The notes under the pieces were generated by a model. It had not been told where the DNA came from. It searched no databases and worked only from the letters and a program-made list of their open reading frames with translations. This document shows, in pieces, positions 37,301-49,623 of a stretch of DNA of 64,000 nt (the first letter of the stretch is position 1; every line of letters begins with the position of its first letter). Both the position numbers and the translations under genes were made by a program. The stretch comes from Eledone cirrhosa (taxonomy: Eukaryota). The stretch is from contig CAXHJY010001714.1 of NCBI GenBank assembly GCA_964016885.1, forward strand, positions 1-64,000. The letters are read 5' to 3'.

Positions 37301-40300
37301 GATTTCTCTTATTTTGAAAGACGTCATAACTCTTAACTGATCACTTCAGTTCGGCAAAAATTATCTCACTGAGAGGACACGCTAGTTTGCCGAACTGAAG
37401 TGATCAGTTAAGAGTTATGACGTCATCGACCGATATCTGAACTCGCTTGTGATTGGCCAGTTTCTCTGTAAGGTCAGTTAGTACGATAGCAGTAGTAACA
37501 CAATTTTCCTAGAATTCGAATAGCAATCAGTTTCCACGAATTCAAGGGGGAATTTATTGCTTACTACAGGTGGCGCTACGGTACAATATAAACAAAACAC
37601 GACCAAAAACCGTATCTGAATTTTTTTTTACCGTAAATAGAATTGATGGTAGTAATTACCCAAAACCGTATCTGTGAATCGAGGACTCACTGTATATATA
37701 TGTGTGTGTGTGTGTGTAAATATATATATACACTCAAACTCTAAACCCCTCATCCCAGTATCCGTTTTTTTTTTTTTTTTTTAATCAGATTTATTGAAAA
37801 TGCACAAAATAAAAACCCTTGGGAAGAAAAATTAATTGTAAAGAAAACTCTTAATCTCAGTTTCCTAAAAAAAATTTGTTGAAAACATATCAGACTTAAG
37901 ATGTTATTTTAAAAACACGAGAAATATACACAAATATATATATATGTGCCTGTTTGGCAGACTGATGTAGTGGCATAGCTGAACATACATGGTCATCACT
38001 TCCCGCCTAGGTTAACTTTGCCTTTCATCCTTATGGGGTCGATAAAATAAAGTACCAGTAATGTACTGGATAATTGCTGGCCTTGTGCCAATAGTAGAAA
38101 CAATTATTATCATTTAACGGCCATTTTCTATGCTAGCATGAGTTAGACAAGTCGGATCAGATGACCGTTACTTGGTTACTATGGCTGGACACCTAGTTAC
38201 AGTATCGACTGGTCGCTTTTTGCCGTGTTAACTGGGAACTTTTTGTCATGACACCAAAATGATCATTTTACAGTGTATGGTCTTACACCTCCCATTTTAT
38301 CATTACTTTCCGGTGGATTTAGAGATCAGACTCATTGAAAACACGAAAAATTCAGCAAAATGAACTCTCTTCAATTAAAAAATGTTGTTTTCAACTGATT
38401 TGGAGGTCAGATTTGTTAAAAACATGAAAAAACCTAGGAAAAAGTACCCAGCACACACTGTAAATATGGTTGGTGGTAAGAAGGGCATCCAGTTTTAGAA
38501 ACCAAGCTAGAAACAGTTCTGTATGAGCATAACCCGACTTGCCTCAAATGGGACAACTCATGCTAGCATGGAGAATAGATGTTAAATTTGAGGCAAGTTT
38601 GGTCGGGTGACCGTGTCTCATGTTATAGAAATATATATATATAAAAAATAAATGAATGAATGGATAAATTCATTTGCAGTCCATCACTAGTGATTCTGGC
38701 TGTTAATTGCTTTTATCAAGTATCATTTCAATTAATTCCCTATGGAAATTTTTAACCATCTGCTTTGATTAATTTAATTTTTTTTTTAATTCGGTTTCCT
38801 TCTCCAAAGTTATATTTTCTTTATGGTCAGTTGATCTGCTAGAAATAGCAGTCATATATCTCTGATGTCAATAATGTAAAAATCTAAAAATTCCTTTTAT
38901 AAAAAAGGCACAATAAACAGAAGTTTTAAAAAAAAATTCATAGCAAAACACGTCACCTCTTGTTCAAAAAAGAGAAACACATCTTATATGTTTATTTCAA
39001 TATGTTGTTGATTTATATTGTAATTAGAGGTGGGTTTTCTTTTAAGCCTACCATTATATATATATCTGACTTTTCTTTTTGCAGTTACCAACAGAAAAAA
39101 ATGATGGCATTGTAAATGTTCAGGTAACTTTTTTTTTATTTTTTACTGTTTTGTGTGTGTGTATGGGAGGGGGTGCCACTAACTCTTCAGGACATCTGAG
39201 ACTAGGCTCTGCAAAGGGCACCCAAAGGCCAAATGGTGGTGTTAAACTAGGCAACTGATTTTGTTGTCAATTATTCAATATAAACACTAAAATATTGAAT
39301 CATTAAAATTGTGTGGATGATAAGCTAAGTTTGAGAAATGGGACAAATACTGGTGTTAGTATAAAAATGTGTGTATAATTATATATATGATGACTGCCCC
39401 CTCGTTATCGAGCATGGCCATTGCACGATATACCATTATTAATAATTATTAATTAATTCTATCAAGGGCGGCGGATTGGCAGTATCGGTAGAGGGTCGGA
39501 CACCATGCTTTCCAGCATAGTTACGTCCCTTTACGATCTGAGTTCAAATCCCGCCGAGGTTGACTTTGCCTTTCATCCTTACGGGGTCGATAAAATAAAG
39601 TACCAGTAATGAACTGGGTAATTGCTTGCCTTGTGCCTAAAGTAGAAACAATTAATTCTATCATGCAATGCCTCTGCGTGAAGATATTTTTTAAAGTGAG
39701 GAAAGACTGTGCACTGAGCCAATCCCACTCTCTGAGCGACAGTAGCTATAACCCGAAAAGATCAACATCATCGGTAACTACTGAGCCGCAGATTTTATAT
39801 CAGAGTTATCCCAGTTTCCTGAGTTGCCTTCTAGAAGAATGCCCTGACAAAGACTAGGGGTCCTTCACTCCCAGTGGTATAACTGCGCGGTACATGTGTA
39901 TATACATATTTGCACACTTTCGGATGGCCGTTGACTCTTATGAGTTCTTCCGCCCTTTGTCAGGTTTTGTTTTTTGTCCTGCGGGGTATCCAAAATCACC
40001 CTCCTCACCAAGTAAACTTGGCTGGGTTGCCGGTTTAGTCGCCGACGACCCGACCATGCGACAAGTTGTACTGGGTTACATGTTACCAGTAGCACTCAAG
40101 AGTGACCCGACATATATATTTATATATACATACACACGAGGTTTGTCTGAAAAGTAATGTGACTGGTGTTACAAACAATTTATTTCAATTCCAAACAACA
40201 AACTACATGGTTTCCCCTTTAACCCTTTAGCATTTACATTTCTCTATATTTACTGTTGTGTTTTCATGGTAAACACTTTATCACACATAATATCAATGCT

Positions 40301-43300
40301 ATGAGATTTTGATATTATTTATTTTGAGAACAATACCTTAACATCAGTATAAGTGGCTGGTTACAGCCAGTTTGAAGAGAATTCTGGCTGGTTTAAATGC
40401 TAAAGGTTAAAGTAATTCCCTTCGAATCTAATGCATCTTTGCCATGCTTCTATGCACTGCTGCAAGGATTCTTCTGGGATGGCCCTCATGATAGATAGCC
40501 TCCACCCCTAAAAACGAGTTCCCTTAACCTTGGGGAAAAGTGAAAAGTTGCATGGAGCAAGATCAGGTGAATAAGGAGGTTGTTCCAGTACAGGGATGTC
40601 TGCCAGGAACTGCCGGATGCTCAGGACGTGAGCTGGCAATATTCTGCATGTGCAAATCTTTGCTGATAATCTTCCAAATGTTGTTCATGCCTAGCTCACT
40701 TGTGATCTGTCAAACAGTTAGCTGACGATCGCCACGCACCACCTGCCTCATGTGCTCAATGTTGGCCTCAGTCCTGCTTGTTGAAGGTTTCCCACTCCTG
40801 GGGTCATCTTCCACACCGTCGTGTCCTTTTAAACCTTTTGTGCCACTCAAAAATCTGTGATTGTGACATCTCAATTCTGTACACTTACTGCAGTACTCCG
40901 AATGCTTCTGACAGACGTTCCCCAGCTGAACCAGAAGCCTCAGGTTGGTTTGTTCTGTGCCCATCATTCAACAGTCTAAAATTGAGTAGCTGTTGCCAAA
41001 ATCACGCCAAAAAACAAGCAATGGCAGCAGAGAACTGAGATCTCAGTTATATACTCCCTGGATATTACGTCACAGTTACGCAACTCGCTGATCCCTTCCC
41101 CACCCATGGCTCACACAGCACGTTAAGTCCTGTAACTTTTCAGACCCACCTCATGTTGTATATATATATATATCGACTCCTAATACACACACATTTTACT
41201 TTGTGTTCCAAAATTGATACCAAAACTATTTAACGTGGTTTGTCTTGTTTACTCTCATTGTTTGCATTTTTTTTACTATGGACTACCTTTTATTTACTGT
41301 TTCAATCCTTTGTGATCCTGTCTCTATTTTTGTACTCCTGAAGAAGGGCTACAGCCCAACACGTTGAATTTTTATTTCCACTTTTCCATATAAAGCGTGA
41401 AACTAATAGGACCTTTTGTATCTGTGTTTTGTCGTTTCCTTCAACTATATACATATATATATCTGTAGATTTGGCAGTTGTTAGATTGTTTGCTATTTGT
41501 TCCACGTCTCTCAATTCTGAGTTCAAATTCTGCTATGGTCCACTTCGTCTTTCATCCTTTTTAGCCCAGTGCTTGGACAGCCCTCTATGTCCTTCTAGCT
41601 GAAACATCCTGGATGTTCTGCTTGATCAATGGAGAGAGGGTGTTTCTGTCTGCTCACGATTGCATGGTTATCTAAATCCCTTAGCAAAAGCATGGTATCG
41701 AGTCAAGCTCAATTGCGTGTGACAGCTGTAGTATATGTAATATATCATTTTTAATTATAAATTGACCAAAGAGTTCTCATGTTCTGATTGCCTTAAATTG
41801 ATGGTTTCTCTATAACAATTATACACTGCTTTACCATGTAATTGAACACCTAAATGGTCTGCTTCAATTATAATCTCTTTCATTGTTTTGTATTTAAAAA
41901 TATTGCTATAACAATTCATTGTTTATTCCCTCTTCCTCTTTTCTCTCTCTACTCCTCCTCCCCATCTCATCTGCCCCTCTCTCTCACAAAGTAGAAGACA
42001 GTTTCACTTGCTACCATTTAATAATGTAGTGTTTGCATAACAATTCACAATGACTCATTGACAATAATTAGTGTGGGAGTGGGATATTAAGGAAGAAAGA
42101 AAACAACAGAGTGGTTGAAATGGTAAAGTGTGTTGACATAGTGTATCATATTAGATGTTTAATATTAATTCTCAGGAAATATTCACTAGTAAAAAGTATC
42201 TCTAATTTTGTTGTTGTTATAGTACTGGCCAGCCAATGTGACTTGGTGGCATTTCAATTGTTTCTTCAGTAACAGTGTGCTTCATTTTGGTTTTTAAGAG
42301 CCAACAGTGTGTGTGTATACTGAAATTCCGTTATCACAAAATTCTTGGGGTATAAAAAAAATTTTGTAACAAAAACTTCTTTCTAATGAGTTGAGCTTTT
42401 GTTTGTATTACCTTGGGGATTGAAAAAAATTTCGTTATAATGGTATTCGTTATAACGAAATGTTACTTGTATATTGATTGCATCCAATGATGTAGACCAG
42501 TTCTTCTTTTTGGGCAAATGCATTCCATGTTCAGAGAGTGGGATTAGCCCCATTCAAAGCCTTTCCTCACTTAAAAAAGCTTCAAGCACAGGCACCACTT
42601 GATATGTGACATTTTTTGTGATGCATAGTATTGCTGGCCATAGGCAAGTCTCTAGCAGGACTAAAAAGCCACGTCCATGATGCTCATGCTTAAGTATCAA
42701 GCTATGGCATTACTCGAAATCGAGTTGCAGCCATCATATATATATATATCCATGCTGGCATAGGTTAGGTGGACCAAAATCAGACAAGTCAGAGAGAGCT
42801 CATTTTTCTCATACATTCCATGTTTGGCCTGGTTTCTGTAATTGGATGCATTTTATCATAATGCCAGCACTAGTTGGGTAGTTATTACATACTCGTCCAG
42901 ACTGAAGAGTCTTTTTACCATATATTGTCTCTATTCAAAGACATAACAACCTCCCTAGTGCTGGTGCCATGATAAAATGTACCCAGTGCACACTGTTGAA
43001 AAGGAGAGTGTGGAACATGTAAGCAAGATGTAGTCTCCGGTCTATCTTGAGAGATCAGTAGTACTGACTTAAGTACTAGCCCTTGCTAGTAAGGAGAATG
43101 GATGTTAAATGATGGTGGTGATAATGATATACAAGCAGTTTTTTCTCATTTTTCTAAAAGTTGTCTTTGAGTTTTAGGGTAGGTTTCTTGGTATTTCTTT
43201 AGTTATAAGAGGTCCGAGTGTGTAATTAAGGAGTTCACTTCATGACCACATGGTACCTTGGATAAGTGTCTTTTACTATAGGATCAGGTTGATCAAAGTC

Positions 43301-46300
43301 TTGTCGATGACAATTTGGTAAAGAATTGTTCTACAATTAATTATTTTACAAAATTATATTTGTAGTCAGTTTGTTAAAAAGCTCTTTGAAAAGTAGATTT
43401 GATAAAAAAAATTTGTTTGCTGAAATGTTGGTCATTAAAAGTCAGTTAAATGCAATGTTGTTCAATATAAAGTTGGTTTGTTTAAAAGTTTTCAGAGAAA
43501 AAGTCAATTGAACTGTATCAAACATTTTTATCATCACTGTCCACCACAAGTTCTCCTGGACTCTATAGTATGTTGATGATTATTTCTCCATATGAATTAT
43601 TTTTTATCCTTTACCCTCAAAACTTAAATATTATTTCCAATACTTTTTTACAGCTTCCAACAACAAAAACGGTTATTCCAAGAGAAAAGCCTGTAAGTAT
43701 CAACACCAACATCATCATCATTGTTTTAACATCTGCTTTTCCTTTCAGCTGTTGCTTTTGTTCTAAAAAATTAGATGTTTCATTGGTGCTTCATCTTTTA
43801 TTTGGGTTAAAAAAATAAGTAATAAATTATTATTATTATTATTAATTAATTAATTAATTAATTAAAAAAGCTTCAAGCACAGGCACCACTTGATATGTGA
43901 CATTTTTTGTGATGCATAGTATTGCTGGCCAAAGTCAACCTCGGAGTTCAAATCCCGCCGAGGTTGACTTTGCCTTTCATCCTTACGGGGTCGATAAAAT
44001 AATAAAGTACCAGTAATGCACTGGGTAATTGCTGGCCTTGTGCCTAACGTAGAAACAATTATTAATTAATTACCCTTTCATTAGCATATTTCTAATGAAA
44101 GATACTGCTTATGATTTTCAAATAATTTGAAAAATAATCAAGAATTTTTAGGGATTTAGTAATATAATTATTGACTCAATATAAAGCTGAATTTCAGCAT
44201 ACTCTATAAAATACTGCTCCTATATCAGAGGATAATTTTGAAAACTTTTCATATAGCATTGTATTATGATAGTTGGATTGTTAGTATATTGAAAACTGTT
44301 GTAATATTTTAAGATAACTTTTTATGATTCACTGTATAATTTACTAATTTTCTTATTTTTTTGTCAGGTACCAAAACAAAAACCCTTAACAAAATGGGAA
44401 CAATTTGCTAAAGTAAAAGGAATAACAAAGAAGAAGAAGAGTCGAATGTTGTGGGATGATGTGTCAAAGGTTTGTTCTTGAAATTAATTATTCAATGTAA
44501 TGTCAGTTGGTAGATATTTAGTTAATTCCAATGAACTAAATGTCTATCTAGATATTTGTGTAACACCAATTGTTAAGTAACATCACCATTTAACATCCAT
44601 TGTTCCATGCTTGTATGGGTCAGACGGGTCGCCTGCGTCGAGAGGCGAGTCTGGCCAGGATTTGCCTGCTTTGACGTGACTAAATTTGGCCAGGGTTTTT
44701 ACAGCTGGAAGCCCTTCCTCACACTAACTACATTCTTTGATACTATACTCCATACTCATTGATTATATGAAATTTTGAAGTAAACAACTGAAACAATCTT
44801 ATATAAAACATTTAAACCTATAATCTATAGATATACACTATTCATTGTTCTTAAACACAACTTGGTGATAGGAAAGGGCATCAGTTGTAGAAAACTCACC
44901 AAACTCTCCAGGTGTGTCAAAGTGCTGGTGCTATGATAAAATGCATCCTGTTGACTGCATGAAAATATGCAAGCAAAATTCAGTCCCCAGCCCATCTGAT
45001 GCGTTAGTAGTTCTGATTTAAGTGCTGGCTTGGTCTGTGATGACCTGGCCAACCCATACCAGCAGGGACTATGGACATTAAATGATGATGATGGTGATGA
45101 TGAACTTGCTACAAAATATTTATTTTTGCTGTCATTTAACAAAGGTAACTTATAATTACCCTCAAACATTCTCTTAGAATTGATGGATTTACAAATTTAG
45201 AGATTTCTGTAAAGTTTACTAAAACCTGTTTTACATATAAAGCAAGGTGAATTGGCACAGTTGTTAGAGTATGGAACAAAATGGTTTACACTGTTTGTAT
45301 CAGTTCTCTTGTCAAAATCAATTTTGCCTTTCATCTTTCTAGAGTCAATAAAATAAAGTACCAGTCTGGTGCAGTTGATTGTTAGTTGCCTCCAGGAGGG
45401 ATACAATGTAACTACTCTAATCTAAATATACACAATATATACTATTTACTACAATAGTAGCTGAAAATATATTGCAGTAGAAATATTTTTAGTGACATTT
45501 CTTTTATTGTTTATTATCTTCTAGGATTGGCGGCCACGTTGGGGTTATAAAAGAGCTAATGATGACACAAAAGACTGGTGCATTGAGGTTCCTGACAATG
45601 CTGGTGTGTTTCATGGTTCATTTCTTTATTATATTTGAAAAAAAATCATCTTTATTTCTTCTTAGTCATAAAAGTCAATACAAATTGTTTCTTGTCGTTA
45701 GTGACCACCACTACTGTTGATTGTCAGATGGCAAATTTATTACTAGTTGCTAATTCTATTCAATAAAACAATTCTAAATAACACTTTGAGTGCCAAGAAT
45801 GTACTGGTACATCTCCCACTTGATTGTGTGTGAAAAGCATGTTGGTGCATATTAGTCTAGTTTGTGAAGGCCAGACAAAGTAAATGAAACAGATTTGATG
45901 AAAACATCTTTTATTTTATTAAAAAAGTTTTTTTGAAAAATGCAAAAATTAATGTGTAATCCCAGCCTCTAAAGTCTGTCTTAAGCCATTTAAGGCTTGT
46001 TAGGCCAATGCTTATCCCGGTTTCATGTCATGAAGCGACTGAGAGTACAAGACTTCATTATGATCCCATACCCTTACCTGGGTGTTGGGTCATAATGCTA
46101 TGTCTGGGACAATAAAATACCACAAATAGCATTAGTAGTCAAAGAATTAACAGTTCAATGGTTATTAACATACTTTCAGACCAAGAAAAGATGGACTATT
46201 TCACATTTTAATTATCTTGTTGTTAATTTGATTTCAATAGCTGATAGGTTGGATATACAAACTGGTGTAAACTTACCCATTTGATTGAGCTTGCTCAGAT

Positions 46301-49300
46301 TTATACAGGTTGATCAATCTCACATATTGTTCAGGAGGTATGTACAGAGTTGGTTGATAAAAGTTTTTGCTGGACAGCTGACCTGTGTATATTTCTTGCT
46401 TAGCTCTCCAGCAATGTCCTACAAAGTGTATGCATCTCTCTCTCTTTCATGATATCAGTAATTGCTTAATGTATATGTTTGTGCATACACCCTCATGTAT
46501 ATATACACACATATATGAATATATATATAGATAGAAAGAGATAGGTAAAATCCTGACTGGCGCCAAGCGGTTTGGATTATATTTACCTATCTCTATACCC
46601 ACTCTGCATCTCCCCATACATTGAGTACTCTCGTGATTAGTGGTCTCCTCGATCTCAGCACCGCAGACTGTGTATATATATACTTACGGTAAACATTGGT
46701 GCAATTCAATTCAAACACTCTTCATACTTTTCCCACATAGGAATAACAGAGTATATTTAAAATAAGAAAATGAGAAGTAGTTTCAGATGTTAAAGTCCTT
46801 TATTGATAAAACTGTGATACATATTTCAATGACGACAGTGGCCACATGATTCCGTGCAACCAGTGCCATGATCTCATCAGACAGCTTCTTATTAAGGTTA
46901 CGTTCTTGAGGCAGTCCAAGTTGAGACAAGGGAACTGACCAAGATGATGTTCTTGAGGCAGTCCAAGTTAAGACAAGGGAATTGACCAAGATGATGTTCT
47001 TGAAGCAGTCCAAGTTAAAACGAGGGAACTGACCAAAATGATGTTCTTGAAGCAGTCCAAGTTAAAATGAGGGAACTGACCAAGATGATGTTCTTGAGGC
47101 AGTCCAAGTTAAGACAAGGGAACTGACCAAGATGATGTTCTTGAGGCAGTCCAAGTTAAGACAAGGGAACTGACCAAGATGATGTTCTTGAGGCAGTCCA
47201 AGTTAAGACAAGAAAACAGAACCCAGATCCCCTCAGGGAAATGGCCTTGCTCAGTATGTAGGAAAGGTGTAGGTAGGAACTCCATTCTTTGCCCCAAATG
47301 CAAACAATGGGTACACAAGAGATGTAGCGGGATCTCAGGAAGCTTAATTAAGAATGTAGGATTCACATGCAGCAGCTGTGCTGAAACAGCAAGCAAACAG
47401 CCACAGGAAACAAGTACCACCAATCTCTGGGAGGGCCCTGTAGAAACAGTAGACAGCTTCTGCTACCTAGGTGACCGAATTAGCAACGGAGGTGGGTGCT
47501 CAGAAAGTACAATAACTAGGGTAAGAACGGGATGGAAGAAGTTTAGGGAACTACTACCACTGCTAGCTGCAAAAGGCTTCTCCCTCAGAATGAAAGGCAG
47601 ACTGTATGATGCGTGTATCCGAACAGCGATGTTGCATGGTAGTGAGACCTGGGCGCTGAAGGTGGAAGACTTACGTAGATTAGAGAGAAACGAAGCCTGC
47701 ATGCTCCGATGGATGTGTAACAGTAATATACGTGAACGACAAAGCATAAATGAATTGAGAGAGAGACTGAGCATAAGAGGAATCAAATGCTGCGTGCAGG
47801 AGAGGCGGTTACGCTGGTATGGACATGTGATGCGTATGAAGGATGACAGCTGCATAAAAAGGTGCAGAGCACTAGAAGTTGATGGAAACCGCGGAGTGGG
47901 GAGACCCAAGATGACTTGGGATGAGGTGATAAAAGCCGACCTTACCCAACTACACCTCTCAAAGTCAATGACACACGACCGTGACTTCTGGCGTCACGCA
48001 GTAATACAGGGTACCCGACCTCCCATGGGTACATGCTGAAGCATATAAACAATATGCCCCCCCCCCCCCCACCGCAAGGTGGTCGTGGAGGTGCCACGGC
48101 AAAAAAGCACCCAGCCCACACTGTAAAGTGGACGTGTAGGCGCCACGAAAAAGCACCCAGCACTCACTGTAAATGAGGTTGGTGTTAGGAAGGGCATCCA
48201 GCTGTAGAAATCAAGCCAGATCAGTTCCTGTATGAGCAAGGCATGGTCAGCCGACCAGACACTGCCCACAACAGGACAACCCGTCTAACCCATGCTAGCG
48301 TGGAAGAACGGACGTAAAACGGTGATGATGATGATGATGATGAACTGACCAAGATGATGTTCTTGAGGCAGTCCAAGTTAAGACAAGGGAACTGACCAAG
48401 ATGATGTTCTTGAGGCAGTCCAAGTTAAGACAAGGGAACTGACCAAGATGATGTTCTTGAGGCAGTCCAAGTTAAGACAAGGGAACTGACCAAGATGATG
48501 TTCTTGAGGCAGTCCAAGTTAAAACAAGGGAACTGACCAAGATAATGTTCTTGAGGCAGTCCAAGTTAAAACAAGGGAATTGACCAAGATGATGTTCTTG
48601 AGGCAGTCCAAGTTAAAACAAGGGAACTGACCAAGATGATGTTCTTGAGGCAGTCCAAGTTAAAACAAGGGAACTGACCAAGATGATGTTCTTGAGGCAG
48701 TCCAAGTTAAAACAAGGGAACTGACCAAGATGATGTTCTTGAGGCAGTCCAAGTTAAAACAAGGGAACTGACCAAGATGATGTTCTTGAGGCAGTCCAAG
48801 TTAAAACAAGGGAACTGACCAAGATGATGTTCTTGAGGCAGTCCAAGTTAAAACAAGGGAACTGACCAAGATGAAGTTCTTGAGGCAGTCCAAGTTGAGA
48901 CAAGGGAACTGACCAAGATGATGTTCTTGAGGCAGTCCAAGTTAAGACAAGGGAACTGACCAAGATGATGTTCTTGAGGCAGTCCAAGTTAAAACGACAA
49001 GGGAACTGACCAAGATGATGTTCTTGAGGCAGTCCAAGTTAAAACGACAAGGGAACTGACCAAGATGATGTTCTTGAGGCAGTCCAAGTTAAAACAAGGG
49101 AACTGACCAAGATGATGTTCTTGAGGCAGTCCAAGTTAAAATGAGGGAACTGACCAAGGTTATGTTGTTGAAGCCTTCGGCCATTTCCGCGTGTGTGTAT
49201 ATATATATATATATGAACAATGAGTTATTTGGTTTGTTGATTATCATTCAACAGAGTTAATTTTATAACAGATTTGAAGCACTCTACAGAATTTATCTGG

Positions 49301-49565
49301 AGTATTTTTAAAATCGACAATGTTAATAAATGGGAAAATCTTTATTTTACCATATTTTATACTTAGAACTTATATCCCTTGTGATTTTGAATTTTTACCT
49401 CACTACTGTTAGCGAGCTTATACTATTAAGTCTACACTAAGGTATGTCAATATCTTAACACCAAATATATTTTATCTGATGAAAGCACTAACATTTTTTG
49501 TCCTTGAAATATGTATAATAAAATAAATAAGGTATTATAAAGATATTTTCCATTTATTAATATTG

Positions 49566-49623
<58 letters not shown>

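Noticed and set aside
39465-39560. tRNA gene from A and B boxes
   Set aside because: The boxes belong to a multi-copy SINE with a TSD; no cloverleaf
40020-40111. HDV-like ribozyme at the 5' end of the GC-rich retroelement
   Set aside because: Could not assemble the P1/P1.1/P2/P3 double pseudoknot by eye; needs an RNAmotif/RNArobo search
39085-43692. Mutually exclusive splicing of RRS1 exons 3 and 4
   Set aside because: Although equal in length and phase, both segments occur in series in RRS1 orthologues as recalled (LPTER...RLP...PREKP), so both are needed
46902-49170. CRISPR-like array
   Set aside because: Units are contiguous 47-mers with no unique spacers, there are no cas genes, and the context is eukaryotic; it is a minisatellite
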